DNA from: Macrostomum lignano
Taxonomy: Eukaryota
Assembly (NCBI GenBank): GCA_002269645.1
Contig: NIVC01000524.1
Location: 192,992 to 256,991 of the forward strand
Reading direction: 5' to 3'
Length of the DNA: 64,000 bases
A program made the translations under genes and the position numbers. The notes beneath the pieces were generated by a model that saw nothing but the letters and a program-made list of their open reading frames with translations, was not told the DNA's origin and searched no databases. This document shows, in pieces, positions 60,971-64,000 of the stretch (position 1 is the first letter of the stretch; each line of letters begins with the position of its first letter).

Positions 60971-63585
60971 AAGGCTTGTACTGAAACAGGCTCTTGGAAA
61001 TGATAGCAGTGTGGGTTTGTGATTTAAGGGCAACCTGCACAGTGCAAGGCATAATATACTCTGTCAGTGCTTGGCAGAGAAGCAAAGAAGAAATGGGGTT
61101 AGGAGGGTGACTAATTTCTTAAATTGTGCATACAACGAGCACATATCAGTGTCATGAGCTTGGTGCCCAAGCCCTGTACATTTCTATTCGTTTGTCTGTT
61201 TCCCTGCTCTTCCCACAGACCAATAAGTATAACTTATTATAACTTATTATTATTACTTATTATTGTTATACTTTATTGGTCTGTGGCTCTTCCCCACAGT
61301 CCACTATCCCCAGTGCCCAAACTCGAAAGAACTAGCTTTTTTAGCTTTGTTAACGAAATTTCTACCTTGCCACACTAGCGTAAAATTGGGGGAGCGTTTT
61401 ATTTTCGCTTCCAGTCCAGTGGTGCTAGCTCTAGAAGTCCTTGGTCTAGGAGATCCGGTGATAAGAATCGGGCGTAAAATAGTCATATCAAAAAATCCTA
61501 GCTTGATTTTGTATTAAACAAAAACTGACTTTACTTTAGTATTATAAGAGCTCATTCCTGGTGCCCGCTCTGTAGCTGGAACCTGTAGAATTTGTGCAGA
61601 AAGTTTTAGCTTTTAGTAAAGTTTTTAGTATATCAGCCGGTCTACGTCTACTGTCATGCTGAATCTGAGTAGTCAATTTCTTCGTTCTCTTTTACTAGAC
61701 AATAAGACATTCCTTTCGGATGATGTCTTACTTCGACAAGCAGGATAAAATTATGAAGACAGCAATTCTTGAGACAAATGCATTTGGTCTACAATGTGAC
61801 CCATAGAATGCATTTAACAGCAGAAAGGAACAAAAACTGCTTGTTTTGCTTCATTTTTGCATGAAAATGCGCGTGCTATGCTGTAACATGCCTTTTAAAC
61901 TTTTTTCCACAATCGGCGAGTGTTCCGTCCGCTGTTTTAATCTAATGATTAAATTATTATTTAATTAAAGGAGTAAGACTAAAGAGCTAATTGAGTTTCA
62001 TCTAAATTATAATTTATTCAGTGCAAAAAGTTTCAACTCAATATAAAATGTTGAATATATACTGTAGAAAAGTGAGGCAGGCCCGATGTGTTTAATATTC
62101 ACGTAACCATGATTTTAAATTTCCGCCAAACTACGCTTAACAATGTGCTTTTTTATAATATAATTCTGTTTTTACTGAATTAGTTTCCTCGTTTAGTAGG
62201 CGATTTGACTTTTATGGATTTATTTTCCTTCGAGACGACCATGAAGTGCAAGCGTTATAGGTACGGAAAATTCGAAGTACTGGATTTTAACAATTATAAT
62301 AATGAGTAATTTACCAAATAAAAGAACATAGCTTCGTTAGTAAAAATAAAAATAAAGAATAAACTGCTTCAGAATTTACTTAAGGCGCAATTATTGCTCA
62401 TTTTTTTGCCATTCATTTGAATATATTGCTCCCATGTAGTCGACGTATCATGGTCAATTGTAAACAGTGTCTGGCTCTTTTTAACGTGGCAATTCATTTA
62501 GCTTCTATTATTTTTATTACACGTTCTTTGGAAGCATTTAGATGTTTCAGCAAAAATTCAGGAGACATACTTAGTCTTACAGTTAAGCCAAAAAAGAACA
62601 TAGTTGAATAGTAGCATGAAGCTTGAGTTCAGTTTGGTTTGTAATCATTTGTAAACTTGCATGTCAATTTTCAGGGTAGAAAGAAGTTTGATAAATCAAT
62701 ATAATACATGTAGATGGAACATAGTTTTTCAGAATAGTAGCATAAGAGTTCATAGTTACGATGAATAAATTTTCAGAAAAGGCAAGCATACAAATCGTAT
62801 AATCTAATGTGAGTTAAGCATAGTTGCAATTAAAACTTTCAATCTGTAGCCGTAATTTTTTTAAGTCGGTTTATCTCGTGGGTGATGTTTCTTCTGTAAA
62901 AAATCATGGCGTTTGGTGCTTTTAAAGCAGAGATTTTTGTTATTTCCGAATTTCGATCTTGAATATCGCTCGGGAATCCCTGCATTAAACTATTATCAGC
63001 TGTTTGTTTGCCCTTTAAAGTAATGAGGTAAAATTTGTGCCCCTCAAACTCTGTCTACTAATATTGAAATGTTACTTTAAAGGAAGCATCAACAAGGCTT
63101 ATCTTATTTCCTATTTTTATCTTATTCATCTATGATATTTTGTAATAGAATCAATTTCGAAAACAAATTCTGGACTTATTGACAAATTCAATCGATTAGC
63201 TTTTGGTATGGAAATTGACAGACATAGGTAGGTAGGCTTAGACGGTCGTACGTACGACCCTAGCAAACTTCAGTCTTGTACGTTGTGTTTTTGTGTGCAA
63301 TGTGTTGTAAATTTATAATTTTAGCAGAGAAGACATTTTTTCATTTGATTTTTGTCAGACCTAGGGTCACCTAGGGCTAGGATCTTATAAAAGTATTAAC
63401 TGACTGTGTAGTGTAAACTACAACTACAAGTACAATGATTTGATTAGGCCCTAGCCAGTTAGCCCCAGCCCAGGCCATATGCTTCTATGACATAGACCTA
63501 ATTATACTGTTGTGCTTTGTGCCTATGCAGGCAGCAGGCTAGGCTATGCTGTATAAGCCTACTATATAAAATATTTTTGGCAGTT

Positions 63586-63992
63586 GTTATTTGTCCAGTG
63601 ACCGGACAAATAGCCTTTTTGCTATTTGTCCGGTTAAATTTGCTAACACAAGTATCTTATTTGTTTCGTGATGAATATTCTAGATTTTTAAGACCTTTTC
63701 TCGTATACTGATTAATATTTTCTTATATACTAGAGTGTAAGCAAAACAGTGTATTCAATTTGGCATAATTTGGTCATTTGGTGTATAAGATACACACTAG
63801 TATCACAATATAATAATCAAGATACGAGTAAGAAGTCTTTAAAGTCTAAGAATATTTATCCTTGTAGTTTTTATGAACTAGATATTTTAGCATTTTCAAT
63901 TTAACCGGACAAATAACAAAATGTCTATTTGTCCGGTATTAACCGGATGAATAGGAAAGCATGGTCAAGATCCAGGAATCGGACAAATAACC
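63586..63992. repeat. Cluster of inverted TATTTGTCCGG(T) motifs, possibly MITE or transposon subterminal repeats
   Basis: tatttgtcc..ggacaaata at ~63588-63610. An 18-bp inverted pair, tatttgtccggttaaatt (~63623) and aatttaaccggacaaata (~63897). More copies at ~63925 and ~63980. Confidence 0.55.
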
Positions 63993-64000
63993 ACATCGCT

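Overview
Eukaryotic (metazoan) genomic DNA. GC-rich spliceosomal exons sit among introns packed with micro- and minisatellites; this style suggests a free-living flatworm such as Macrostomum (inference only). About 39 kb (252-38876, minus strand) is one gene that I reconstructed by hand as 22 phase-compatible GT-AG exons (~2,960 aa). Its predicted order is signal peptide, ConA/LamG-like and laminin-G domains, EGF repeats (four with an unusual 8-Cys pattern), one transmembrane helix, a Gly/Gln-rich cytoplasmic linker and a C-terminal WD40 beta-propeller. This single-pass LamG/EGF receptor with an intracellular WD40 domain is the most unusual item here. One of its introns holds a complete, very young Ty3/Gypsy (Mag-like) LTR retrotransposon with 180-bp LTRs differing at one base, a 5-bp TSD and an intact 1307-aa gag-pol. 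The right part of the window has a 3-exon SLC16/MCT-like MFS transporter (+) with a QQQQPY-repeat N-terminus and a convergent alpha-arrestin with an uninterrupted CDS (-). It also has a 5'-truncated RNase H-bearing LINE with a 12-bp TSD, two older LINE 3' fragments and a decayed THAP/P-element transposase. No rRNA or CRISPR array is supported. Most long ORFs in the ORF track are tandem-repeat artefacts. All coordinates were counted by hand, and repeat boundaries are approximate.
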